A stretch of 64,000 nt of DNA, taken from NCBI GenBank assembly GCA_037200925.1, contig JBBCGO010000001.1, positions 447,698-511,697 of the forward strand. The letters are read 5' to 3'. This stretch comes from Candidatus Doudnabacteria bacterium (GTDB taxonomy: Bacteria > Patescibacteriota > Doudnabacteria > UBA920 > O2-02-FULL-48-8). Below, piece by piece: positions 27,974-37,837 of the stretch. Position numbers and translations under genes: made by a program. The notes under the pieces are model-generated. The model did not search any database. It saw nothing but the letters and a program-made list of their open reading frames with translations, and had not been told where the DNA came from. Position 1 is the stretch's first letter. Each line of letters opens with the position of its first letter.

Positions 27974-29722
27974 TTACTCCCTGCTCACTCTCACTATCTC
28001 CTCTATCGTCGTCTTGCCTTGCAGGCATTTGATGAATCCGTCCTGCCACATCAGGATCATCCCTTCCTCCACGGCCTTTGCCTCCAGCTGGCTGGTCGGC
28101 GAGCGCTTCATGATCAGGTCCTGGACCATAGTGGAGATCTCCATCACTTCATAGATGCCCTTGCGGCCGCGGTAACCCGAATGCCCGCACTTATCGCATC
28201 CTTTTCCGTGAAAAAAAGTCAGTTCCATCAGGCCGGTTATTTTCTCGTCAATGAATTTCTCGCGCTTGAGGATGGCCAGCAGGGCCGGGACGTCATAATC
28301 TTTTTTCAGAGTTTCTTCAAGCTCCGCGTCAATTTTGATCTCTTCCTTGCAGTCGGGGCAGATCTGGCGGGTCAGGCGCTGGCCGACCACGACGTTGACC
28401 GTGGACGCGATCAGGTACGGCTCCACGCCGATATCCAAAAGCCTCGGCAAAGCTCCTGCCGCATTGTTCGTGTGCAGGGTGGATAGCACGATGTGCCCGG
28501 TCAATGCCGCGTGCACGGATTCCTCGGCGGTCTCAGCATCTCTGATTTCCCCGATCATGATGATGTTCGGGTCCTGCCGTAAGAGCGCCCGCAAACCCAT
28601 GGCAAAGGTCAGGCCGATCTTGGGACTGACCTGCGTCTGGTTGATGCCTTCTATGCGGTACTCTATCGGGTCCTCGATGGTGGCAATGTTCACACTCTTA
28701 GTATTCAGAAGCGACAGGATAGAATACAAGGTCGTGGATTTTCCGCTGCCCGTGGGCCCGGTGACCAGCAGAGCGCCATGCGGCTTCTTCACGTTCCTCA
28801 TAATGACCTCGTAATTGCGCGCGATAAATCCGAGTTCCTCCAATGTCATGGCTTTCGTGGACTCGTCGAGCAAGCGCATCACGACCTTCTCGCCGTCAAA
28901 CACGGGGATGGTGGATACGCGCAAAGAGATATTGTAATTCTCCTTCGCAACCTTGAACCGGCCGTCCTGCGGCAAACGGTGCTCGTCTATCTTGAGGTTG
29001 GCAATGACCTTGATGCGGGCGATCAGCGCCGGCTGGATGATCTTCGGCAAGGTCATGACATCATGCAGCACGCCGTCAATCCGATACCTGACCATGACCT
29101 CTTTTTCCTGCGGCTCTATATGAATGTCCGATGCTTTTTCAAATATCGCGTATTCCAGCAGAGTATCCACCACGCGGACCACGGGAATTTCCTCCGCCAT
29201 TTCTTTGAGCTTTTCCGTGACATTCTCCGTGCCGGCCGCGCCTTCTTTTTCCTGCTTGGTGATGATCTTGGCAAACTCCGCCTCAAGACTCGTGTGGTAC
29301 TGCTTCAGCCCGTAGTCCAAAGACGCTTTGCTGATGAGAAAAGGCACGATCTGCAGGTCGGTCGTCTTTTTTATGGAATCCCGGGTCTCCAGATCATCCG
29401 GGTCCGTCATGCCCACGTTCAGCTTGCCTTTCTCGCTGCCGAAAGCGATAACCTTATGCCTGCGAGCTATCGGCTCCGGCACCAAAAGCAGAACTTCTTT
29501 GGGTATCTGGCCCATGTCCGTCAGGTTCTTGTATTCCACATCGAAAAATCCGGCGATGATCATGGCCAGTTTTTCTTCGTCAATGATCTTTTTCTCAACC
29601 AGAAGGTCGTTCAGCTCGCGCCTGCCTGCCACAGCTTCTTTTTCTAAAGTTGTAAAAGCCTCAGCAGTGGTGAGTTTTTGGGCCACCAGGCTCCGCTTCA
29701 ATTGTTCTGTGTCAAAAGCCAT
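27974..29722 (-). CDS. pilB: Type IV pilus assembly ATPase PilB (GspE family)
   Basis: Walker A GPTGSGKSTT. MIGEIRD. C-terminal tetracysteine. Confidence 0.9.
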   Translation of the reverse strand: MAFDTEQLKRSLVAQKLTTAEAFTTLEKEAVAGRRELNDLLVEKKIIDEEKLAMIIAGFFDVEYKNLTDMGQIPKEVLLLVPEPIARRHKVIAFGSEKGKLNVGMTDPDDLETRDSIKKTTDLQIVPFLISKASLDYGLKQYHTSLEAEFAKIITKQEKEGAAGTENVTEKLKEMAEEIPVVRVVDTLLEYAIFEKASDIHIEPQEKEVMVRYRIDGVLHDVMTLPKIIQPALIARIKVIANLKIDEHRLPQDGRFKVAKENYNISLRVSTIPVFDGEKVVMRLLDESTKAMTLEELGFIARNYEVIMRNVKKPHGALLVTGPTGSGKSTTLYSILSLLNTKSVNIATIEDPIEYRIEGINQTQVSPKIGLTFAMGLRALLRQDPNIIMIGEIRDAETAEESVHAALTGHIVLSTLHTNNAAGALPRLLDIGVEPYLIASTVNVVVGQRLTRQICPDCKEEIKIDAELEETLKKDYDVPALLAILKREKFIDEKITGLMELTFFHGKGCDKCGHSGYRGRKGIYEVMEISTMVQDLIMKRSPTSQLEAKAVEEGMILMWQDGFIKCLQGKTTIEEIVRVSRE

Positions 29723-29731
29723 AAGATAAAA

Positions 29732-29764
29732 AATTCTAAATTACTAAAGTCCTAAGTTCTAAAT
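29732..29764 (-). promoter_or_regulatory. Conserved 34-nt element, 9 nt upstream of the pilB ATG
   Basis: aattctaaattactaaagtcctaagttctaaat. See 27876..27909. Confidence 0.5.
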
Positions 29765-29807
29765 AATCTCGCAACCCTGAACTTGGTATCGAAACCCTGA
29801 ACTTGTT

Positions 29808-30110
29808 TCAGGGTCTCTTAATAAAATCGTCATATACATCTTTCCATTCCGGATTATCTTTTTCTATAAGATTTATCTTCCATTGCCGATGCCAATTTTT
29901 GATCTGCCGCTCTCTTTCAAAGGCCTGTTCGATTGTCTCACATGGTTCATAGTAGACCAGTTTGTCAAGATTATATTTTTTCGTGAATCCCTCCACTAGT
30001 TTTTCTTTATGCTGCCAAATTCTTTCCAATCCTATGCCGGTGGCTCCTGTATAAAGAACTGTATTCATCTTGTTGGTTAATATATAAACTCCCGGTTCTT
30101 TTTCTTGCAT
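29808..30110 (-). CDS. GIY-YIG nuclease family protein (YhbQ/UPF0213-like)
   Basis: VYILTN...LYTGATG...R...H; about 100 aa. Confidence 0.8.
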   Translation of the reverse strand: MQEKEPGVYILTNKMNTVLYTGATGIGLERIWQHKEKLVEGFTKKYNLDKLVYYEPCETIEQAFERERQIKNWHRQWKINLIEKDNPEWKDVYDDFIKRP

Positions 30111-30330
30111 GTATCCAAAGATGCTGAAACGAGTTCAGCATTGCGGTATGGGTAATTTCCTATTTGAACCTTGAACCTTGAAGTTTATTTCTGTTGGACT
30201 TTGGACATTGGTCATTTGGTTTTCTTTTAGCCCCTTTTATTGGTATTTTTTATTTCTAAAACTAAAAAATGTGCCATCATTATAGCACATTCAGTCAAAA
30301 AATCAAAAAAATAATTAACCTCTTTAGTAA

Positions 30331-30390
30331 CTCCCCCTTCCTCCGCCCTCTTAACTAGAAGAGGGCGGGGCAGGGTGAGGGGAGTTAAAA
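30331..30390. repeat. Solo nested-palindrome element of the DUF559-flanking repeat family
   Basis: taactcccc...ccgccctctt-aactag-aagagggcgg...gggtgaggggagtta. Confidence 0.6.
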
Positions 30391-30419
30391 TTAAGCGGCG
30401 GAGGAGTTACGGGATACGG

Positions 30420-32003
30420 CTACTGCGCTATTCCGCCGTCATCATAGGAAGCAAGATCAGAACTGCTCAACCGAATTATCTTATTCAGCGACAGCTTCAT
30501 GTTCCGGAATACCGCCATAGACGGTATTCCGAGTTTGGCATCACCCGAAACTATATAAATAGTGGACCCGCTGTCGCGGATGAGAGTGTTGTCAGGATAA
30601 CCCATGGCCCGTCCCAGGTTATCAGCAGTCATCACATCAGAACCGATGATCTGAACGTCGGAAAATTTCAGCCCGCGCGACAGGAACACTGATCCTGAGG
30701 TGAACGGCCGGAATTTTCCGTCGGATGCCATGAACACGGTTTTGATATCATCAGCTTTGACCAACATACCGTCAGCAGATGTTATCGCGCCCAAAACCTG
30801 GCCTGGGGCTGGAACTATGACAGGAGTCGCAGCCGAAGCTGGAGATGGAGTCGAAGCTGCCACGGGAGGCAAAATACCGTTCCCGCTGCCGCCCCCTCCT
30901 CCTCCGCCACCGCCGCCGCCGGAAATAATATTTGCGGCAAAGCTTGCGGCGATCGTGTGATCTAACTTAACGCTACTGAATGTGTAGCTTGCGACTGCGC
31001 CGACAGAAACGCCGTCAGCCAGAACATCGGCCACATGAAAACCGGAACTGGGACTGATAGTGAAAGTTTGATCCATGCTATCATTGACCGAGACCGGACC
31101 GACAGGAGAAATAGAGCCATTCGTGTCAGCTGCAGCTGTGATAGTATGCGCTAATTGCGAAGAAGAAAGAGTGAGATTATCGAACAGGAAACCTTTGCCC
31201 AGATCTGCCGCAGTTGCAGCGCCGCTTTCGCGGAATTCAACTGTCTTGATGATGCGCGGAGTGGGTTCAGTCGCAGATTCGCTGTCAAACACATAATAAT
31301 TCTCCCAGCTGGTGCCTGTGTGGACAAGTGCTCCGTCAATATATACTTTCACAATATCATTGGACGGGCCGTCCAGCATATCCATCGTAAGTTTTATCGT
31401 ATGCGGCGACGTCCTTGTCAGGTCCGTTGCAATTTGAGTCTCCACAAAATTAGCCGGGTTTGTAGCGCCCTGCACATCGTCAAAGAAAACATTGATGCCA
31501 GCTGTGCCGTCTTCAAACCGCAGATAGCTCATGCGCGAGCCGTCCCCGCGGTCAGGCGATAATGAAACATGCAAACCGGGCTGCATAGCAGCTTGCGTTG
31601 AAGCCATATCAAACTGCATTTCAAAATGATTTTGTTTGGTTCCCACAGGAAATGCTCCGTTAGTAGAAGCAGTCTCCCCTACAGAGTCAGCCAAAGGCTT
31701 GGCAAATGTCTGGTCGCCGAATCCGCCTGAGGTCACAGCGTCCGAGATGCGGAAGGTTTGAGTGCCGAAAGATGCATAGCCGTACGTGTTCGCAACCACT
31801 GACTGATCATATGCTCCGATAGCTTTCCAGCCGTCCTGTGCGTTGATGGTTCCGGGTGCATAAGTTTCAAAATTAATGGCATTGCTGTCTGCATGCGATC
31901 TGTTCGCCGCAAAAAAACCGCCTAGGACCAATGCGGCGATGCTGAAGACGCTGATGCTAATTCTCAAAGACCGGGTTTGGGTTGTCATTTTGTTTGCTTT
32001 CAA
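30420..32003 (-). CDS. Secreted protein with a signal peptide, a poly-Gly linker and a C-terminal domain of unknown function
   Basis: Signal-like N-terminus. GGGGGGGGGGGSG run. Confidence 0.55.
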   Translation of the reverse strand: MKANKMTTQTRSLRISISVFSIAALVLGGFFAANRSHADSNAINFETYAPGTINAQDGWKAIGAYDQSVVANTYGYASFGTQTFRISDAVTSGGFGDQTFAKPLADSVGETASTNGAFPVGTKQNHFEMQFDMASTQAAMQPGLHVSLSPDRGDGSRMSYLRFEDGTAGINVFFDDVQGATNPANFVETQIATDLTRTSPHTIKLTMDMLDGPSNDIVKVYIDGALVHTGTSWENYYVFDSESATEPTPRIIKTVEFRESGAATAADLGKGFLFDNLTLSSSQLAHTITAAADTNGSISPVGPVSVNDSMDQTFTISPSSGFHVADVLADGVSVGAVASYTFSSVKLDHTIAASFAANIISGGGGGGGGGGGSGNGILPPVAASTPSPASAATPVIVPAPGQVLGAITSADGMLVKADDIKTVFMASDGKFRPFTSGSVFLSRGLKFSDVQIIGSDVMTADNLGRAMGYPDNTLIRDSGSTIYIVSGDAKLGIPSMAVFRNMKLSLNKIIRLSSSDLASYDDGGIAQ

Positions 32004-32178
32004 TTACGTTTTTTCTACCTCTTTATCGTATGCGTTGCGCAAACAATATGATACGAACGGATCGAACATAAAACCGCCGACTTCCGGCGGTATTTATGGA
32101 TAGTATGGCTTTCCCTACTTCGGGCGGATGTCTTCCCTTCTCCCTCTGGGAGAAGGTGGCCGAAGGCCGGATGAGGGA

Positions 32179-32526
32179 TTATGTCTTAAGCATATCCAAA
32201 ATCCTCTCTGCGACTCCTTCAAGATTATTGTTTATTTCGTTGTTCCAGATCCGTAACACCTTGTAACCAAGTTTATTGAGGTACTTACCTCTTTCAATAT
32301 CTTTGTTAGCATTCTCAGGTTGATTGTGTTGCCCTCCGTCTATTTCTATGACCAGTTTATATTTATAGCAGCAAAAATCAGCAATGTATTTGCCGATCAC
32401 GAATTGCCGGCGGAATTTATAATCATAAAATCTTCGGCTGCGAAGCAAATACCAAAGTTGATTCTCTTCCGGAGTTGAAGTTTTTCTCAGCTTCCTCGCC
32501 AGTTTTGTAATATTTTCTTCTTGCAT
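32179..32526 (-). CDS. DUF559 (Vsr-like) endonuclease domain protein. The ATG at 32526 is preferred over the upstream GTG.
   Basis: IEIDGGQH and the overall DUF559 pattern. Flanked by inverted repeats. Confidence 0.8.
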   Translation of the reverse strand: MQEENITKLARKLRKTSTPEENQLWYLLRSRRFYDYKFRRQFVIGKYIADFCCYKYKLVIEIDGGQHNQPENANKDIERGKYLNKLGYKVLRIWNNEINNNLEGVAERILDMLKT

Positions 32527-32758
32527 CAAACCCCTCACCCGCCCCTTCGGGGCACCCTCTCCCGTTGGGAGAGGGTAAATTAGATTTAATTAATTATATC
32601 AAACGAAAACATTTTTGCTCATGAGCAGAGTCATGAGCAAATAAAAACCCGCCTCTGGATTGAGGCGGGTTTTTGCTCGATTCACCCTCCCACCAAAATT
32701 TGGTGGGAGGGTTTATAGTTTCGAGAAACTAACTGCTTATCTCTTAACTAACTATGGG

Positions 32759-35700
32759 TTAGTTGTGCAATGACCAAGTCTGAGTTGGGTAATTGAAGAG
32801 GTAAGTGTGATTTGGACCCACGCCGCCAGTAAACGCTGTTGGGTTGCTGCCCGCGGTATCAAACCACGAGAAGTTGTCTGCAACGGTAAGCGTGGTCGTG
32901 ATGCTGGAAGTTCCAGCTGCGCCCAAGGTACCGGTTGTAGTTCCGAACAACGTGAAGGTTGTCGCGGAGGTAACCTGGTAGTTAGCCGGGAAGACGCAGG
33001 TATCTACTGCAGGAGCAGTACCAACAACGGTACAAGTAACGCCTGCAATGGTAGTGCTGCCAAGAGCAAGTCTTGTAGATGTGGTAGTAGCTGCAGGGGC
33101 CACGATAGTGCCCGAAGGAGATATCGAGAACTCGAGCTTGCCGACTGCAATAGGACCTTTGGCGTTCGGTGTGATGGTCACATCAAAGAGATGGTTTTCA
33201 CCAACCAACAATCCGGCATTGCTCGTGGTTGTCACGGAAAGGATCGGAACTGAGCCAACCATGTTCATGGTATTGGCTGCAAGCGGGGTCAACCCTCTGG
33301 TGAGAGTGCTGCCGCCTGAGGTGAACCTCACATAGCTCAACAGCAGTGTTGAGAGTGAGCCGGAAGCAACACCATTCGTGCCAACCGATGCATAGGTCGG
33401 CAGGGCGTTCACAAAGATACCGCCGCCGCCGTTTGGAACAGCAATGGACAAACCGGTCAGATAAGCTGTGCCGGCAATCGTTGCAGCTTCTGTTCCGGTA
33501 TGAGTTCCGGCAGGAAGAGTGCGCAACACGCTGGCGTGAGTGGCATCAATCACAGAAAGTACTGTGAAGTCTTCCGGAGCAACTGAGGCAACCGTAATCA
33601 CAGAACCAACGCCCAAGTTCGCGGTTGAACCGAGAACTAATGCGTTAGTAATATTGCTTACTACTTCGCCCGTAAGATGCGCAATAGCAACTGTGCCATT
33701 GAATCCGCGGACAACAGTAAGAACAGCACCAGCTACGTTTGTAACCAGCATTTGTTCAGCGGCACCACCAGCTGTAGTAACAGTGATGTTTGCGCCAGAA
33801 ACAATACCGGCGCCTGAAGTCACGGTTACAGTGGTCGTTACGCCATCAATACCGCCATTAAGCGTGGTATTGGCTGGGTTTGCAGCAACAGCTGTGGTCA
33901 GCGTTGTAGCAGCCGGAGTTGAGACAACTGCGGAAGAACCGCCAACTTTGACTGAAGCTACGGTGTTAGGAACAGCTCCTTTGACCGCGAATTTCAGTTC
34001 GGAAAGATTGGCTGCGCCGCCGGTTGAAACGAAGTTGAAGGAATTAGTGCTACCGTCAACAGAACCGCCGGAGGCAGCAATGTATTGCTGAGGTGTTGAG
34101 CCGGAGGAGGTGAAGGTCGGTGTGCCCAAAGCACCTGAAGTCAGAGTGATAAGCTGGCCAACTGTGGCTGCAGCCGGGGTCAAACTGACATTGGAGCTTG
34201 CGCCCAGAGCAGTCGGCAACAAGGTGGCCCTGAATTGAGAGCCGGTGCTGTCAGTGCTGGTGTCGGCAAGAATGCCAATGGTGGTTGAACCGCCCGGAGG
34301 CAGAGTGAAGTTAACCGAGAAGTTGTTGGCAGCTGTCGGGTTGATAGGTGTAGAACCTGAGCCCGAAGTTTCCGTAGTTCTCAAGTTAGAGAAGTTGGTC
34401 AGAGCAGGGAAAACACCTGATGACGCAGTGTTCGTCAGCACAGTAGTACCGTCAGCTCGGGTCAAACCAACTGAGAGGTTGGTGACGCGGACTCCTTCTG
34501 AGGAGCTGTTGTTCTGCATCGTGAACTCAGCAATCTTCACACCAGAGGTGTTCGGATTGGCGTTCTGGTCTGCATAAGAGCTCTTGGATACTGAGAGAGT
34601 GCCGGTCTGAATGGTCAAACCGGAAGTGGTCAGGGTGCTGGCTGGCAGGACATTGGTCGTGTTCAGCGAGCTTAGGCCCTGGGCTGAGGAAGAACCGAAC
34701 AAGATAGCGGATGTAACAGTGCCTGCAGTGTAATTGGCAAAGGCATTGTTCTGCATGTCTGCGCGGATTTCCAACCAGCTGTCAGTGCCGGCAGGAGCGA
34801 TCATGGAAGAACCAAGAGTGTAGGACAGGGTACCTGAACACCAGTTTTGGCTGGAACCGACCTGGCCAAGAGTGGTCAAGCTGGAACCAAAGTACAAAGC
34901 TACGTTGTTCAAGCCATTGGCAGTGTTGCCAGGACAGCCGCCAGCCTGAGCCGGTATTGTACCGCTCAAGCCTGGTTGGATCACCAAAGTCATAACTTTG
35001 ATGTCTTCACCATAAGCATGCAGTCTGAACCGGCCGATGACCGCATTGGTCGCTCCGCCGGTGACATTGGTCAAGGACTGGAAAGTAGGATCGATAACAG
35101 CGCTCAATGTGCCCTGGCTGATCAAAACGCTGGCTGCCGTCAGAGGCGAGAAAGCAGCGTTATTGACAGTTGGGGAAACGTTCACATTCAACTGGGAATC
35201 GGTAACCGTGAAGTCTGCTGAGTTCTGCAAAGCGAACTGAACCGTGCGGTTCGAGCCTTTTTGCACATCAGCGCGGACTTCAAGCGTGGTAGTGCCGGGT
35301 TGGCAGAAGAGGTGGCGCGGCATTGAGGTCAAAGAACACAAAACCGTTGACCACAGCAACAGGACTGCCTATCGGTGCGCCATTAACGTACAACTGGATA
35401 TTGGATAGCGCATCAAAAGGAGCGGAACCAATAAGCTGAAGCTGTAAGCTCTTGAAGTACACGGAATGGGTATTGACCTGGACCGGGATCTGCCAGAACG
35501 AGTAACCGGTTGAACCGGCATTTACGGTCGGGGTGCCTGTCGGGGTCAGAGAAGCGCTGGTGAAGTTAACGCCAGCCAAGAGACCGGTACCTGAGGCAAT
35601 GGTGAACAGGTTGCCCTGGACATTGGCATTGGTCATAACTGAATCGCCACTAAGCATAAACCCAACCAGGGTCATGCCAGAGTCTGGCCTGCAGTTGCAG

Positions 35701-36692
35701 TGGAGGCAATATCAGCCTTGACCGCAAGCGTCTGCGGGCCGCTGATGGCGAGGTTCAGGTTATTGAATGTAACTAAGCCATTGGTGTTAATGGAAGCGGC
35801 ATCAGTGATGCGCTGGGTGCCGCGATACAGGTAAACATTGTTTACAGCTGTATTGGTGGACACGCCCGGTGCGCTGCAGAGTGATCTGCGAAACTGTGCC
35901 GGTGCCATTGAACAAGGGGTGCAGCAAGTCGGCGCTGGCCTGGCCTGCGACGATACTGCCGGCAGCCGGGTTGTCAGAAGCGAGGCTTACTGAAACCGAA
36001 CCTGACGGTGGAGGAGGAGGATTGAAGCCTCCGCATCCGGAGAGCAGGACTACGACACCGGTTTGAGGCAAAGCCAAGTCAGCCGCGTTGGCTGCTACGA
36101 CTTTGGCCAGTGTCATGCCGTGGGATGCGAACACATCCATTGACGGGTAACCCATGCGGCCGGTGGATGACATAAGCCAAACAGTTCCATTGCTGAGAAC
36201 TGTGACGCCGGCTGGATGAGCGGAAACTGTGTCGTTCATGTTTGCGCCTGTTGGCAGGTCAGCAAAGGTGTTGAACGGAGCAGATTGGACGTTGGAGAAG
36301 CTGTAGCCGCCGCCGCTGAAAACAGCGCCGGAAGTAAAGCCTCTTTTTTGTCCGCTTGTAACGAGATAAACGAGTGGGTCGCCTGGGCCTTTAACTAAAG
36401 TGCCATCGGCGTAGACCATAATAGGACCTACTGGCAAAGCTAGATCTTCCGCACTTGCCTGGCTAAGCTGACCAAAATTGTAGCCATAGGATTGGAAGAC
36501 TTCAGCTGACGGGAATCCGCGTCGTGTGCCGCCGGTAATGAACCAGGCGGTGCCATTTGAGATCACTATACAGCCATCTGTATGAACCGCTGCGGAAGCG
36601 ATAAGAGGAGCAGAAAGCATGGCGCTCCACAGTAAAGTGGAAACGGTCAGGCCGACTGCAACAGCTTTCCGAGCGTTTGAAGATAATTGCAT
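32759..36692 (-). pseudogene. Large repetitive secreted surface protein (~1300 aa), fragmented into four ORFs (35802..36692, 35672..35908, 35280..35675, 32759..35359) by three frameshifts
   Basis: The N-terminal ORF has a signal peptide and three ~55-aa repeats (G.RRGFPS.EVF.SYGY). The fragments continue the same Thr/Ser-rich repeat character. The overlaps are 107, 4 and 80 nt. Confidence 0.5.
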
Positions 36693-37550
36693 TGTATTCT
36701 CCTGTTTATAGGTAAGCTTTCGGGATCAGGATTAATTATTCATATGAGACAATCAATCCCTAACCTATAAAACGAACCTGTAAACATGTTTTGATTAATT
36801 TTTTATCCCGATATACGGGAATATTTTGTCCCGATATACGGGAACATGGAACTAAACGCCTGTCCGTCTAACGGGACATTTAAAGAAAACAAAGACCGAC
36901 CATCCAGCACCAGTTTTCGGTTATAATTACTTGGTTTAGACTGCTTCGCTTCGCTCGCAGATTCGAATTTGCGAGGAAGCCGCAAGGCTGACGAAGCAAT
37001 CTATAATTATGTTAATTATTTAAGCCAAAAACTGGGGCTGGAACAGTGCCTTATTTAGGCAATTTTAATTCCATTTGTTAAGACGCACGTTTGCATAGTC
37101 AGTTACAGATAAAGTGTTGATAACACCATATTGCAAATGACTTTGCAAACATCGATGAATTTCGCTGGGGTTAGCCAATATTCGCAAAATAAAACAACCG
37201 CGATCTATTGAACCGTGGCAGTTATAATGCTTATTATTCGGCTGACTTGTAAGAGATTTTCATCGAGTACAAGCATTATGGATTAAAAAAACATTTTTGT
37301 CAAGCAAAAATAATGCTAACTTATCGCATCTGCAAGCAACCGTAGGTTGCGCGGCAGTCTAAATCAATTGTCATTCCGGACCCGATCCGGAATCCAGAAA
37401 TAAAGCTTTATGCTGGATCCTGAAACAAGTTCAGGATGACATATTCGGGATGACATAAAATTGATTGCTTTGTCGTGGACAATTGGCTGACTTCTCGCAA
37501 ATTCAAACGTTTTCTGTTAAAATTGCATTTGAACTAAGCGGGATTTTTTT

Positions 37551-37624
37551 GCGGGTGTTGTATAACGGTATTACCTCAGATTTCCAATCTGATGACAGGG
37601 GTTCGACTCCCCTCACCCGCTCCA
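37551..37624 (+). tRNA. tRNA-Gly (anticodon TCC)
   Basis: Acceptor GCGGGTG/CACCCGC. Anticodon stem TCAGA/TCTGA with loop TTTCCAA. T-arm AGGGG-TTCGACT-CCCCT. CCA encoded. Confidence 0.9.
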
Positions 37625-37837
37625 AGGAATGGTTCGTCAGGTCATTCGACCTGACGCCCGGTCGGATGACCGGGCGATTCCCGCATCCCGCTCCAAAATA
37701 AGGGAATTTTAATTTATCCCCAACCAACCTGATAGGTGTTGATAGTTCTAAACTTATTATCCACAATTTTTCAAAACAATCTAAATCGTCCCACTTTCTG
37801 CTCGTACGAGCAAAAATCGGTATCGAATTACTGGCAT

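Noticed and set aside
28019-29729. Several long plus-strand ORFs (155-289 aa) across pilB
   Set aside because: Antisense shadow ORFs in a GC-rich, well-supported pilB gene.
30885-30930. Poly-G/Pro codon run (ccgccgcc...)
   Set aside because: A simple-sequence tract encoding the Gly linker of the secreted protein, not a regulatory repeat.
36803-36985. 60-aa minus ORF
   Set aside because: It lies within a palindrome/repeat-rich non-coding region and overlaps repeat family members. No support.
37465-37766. ORFs 37465..37701 (+) and 37503..37766 (-)
   Set aside because: Both overlap tRNA-Gly and the downstream hairpins. There is no coding signal.
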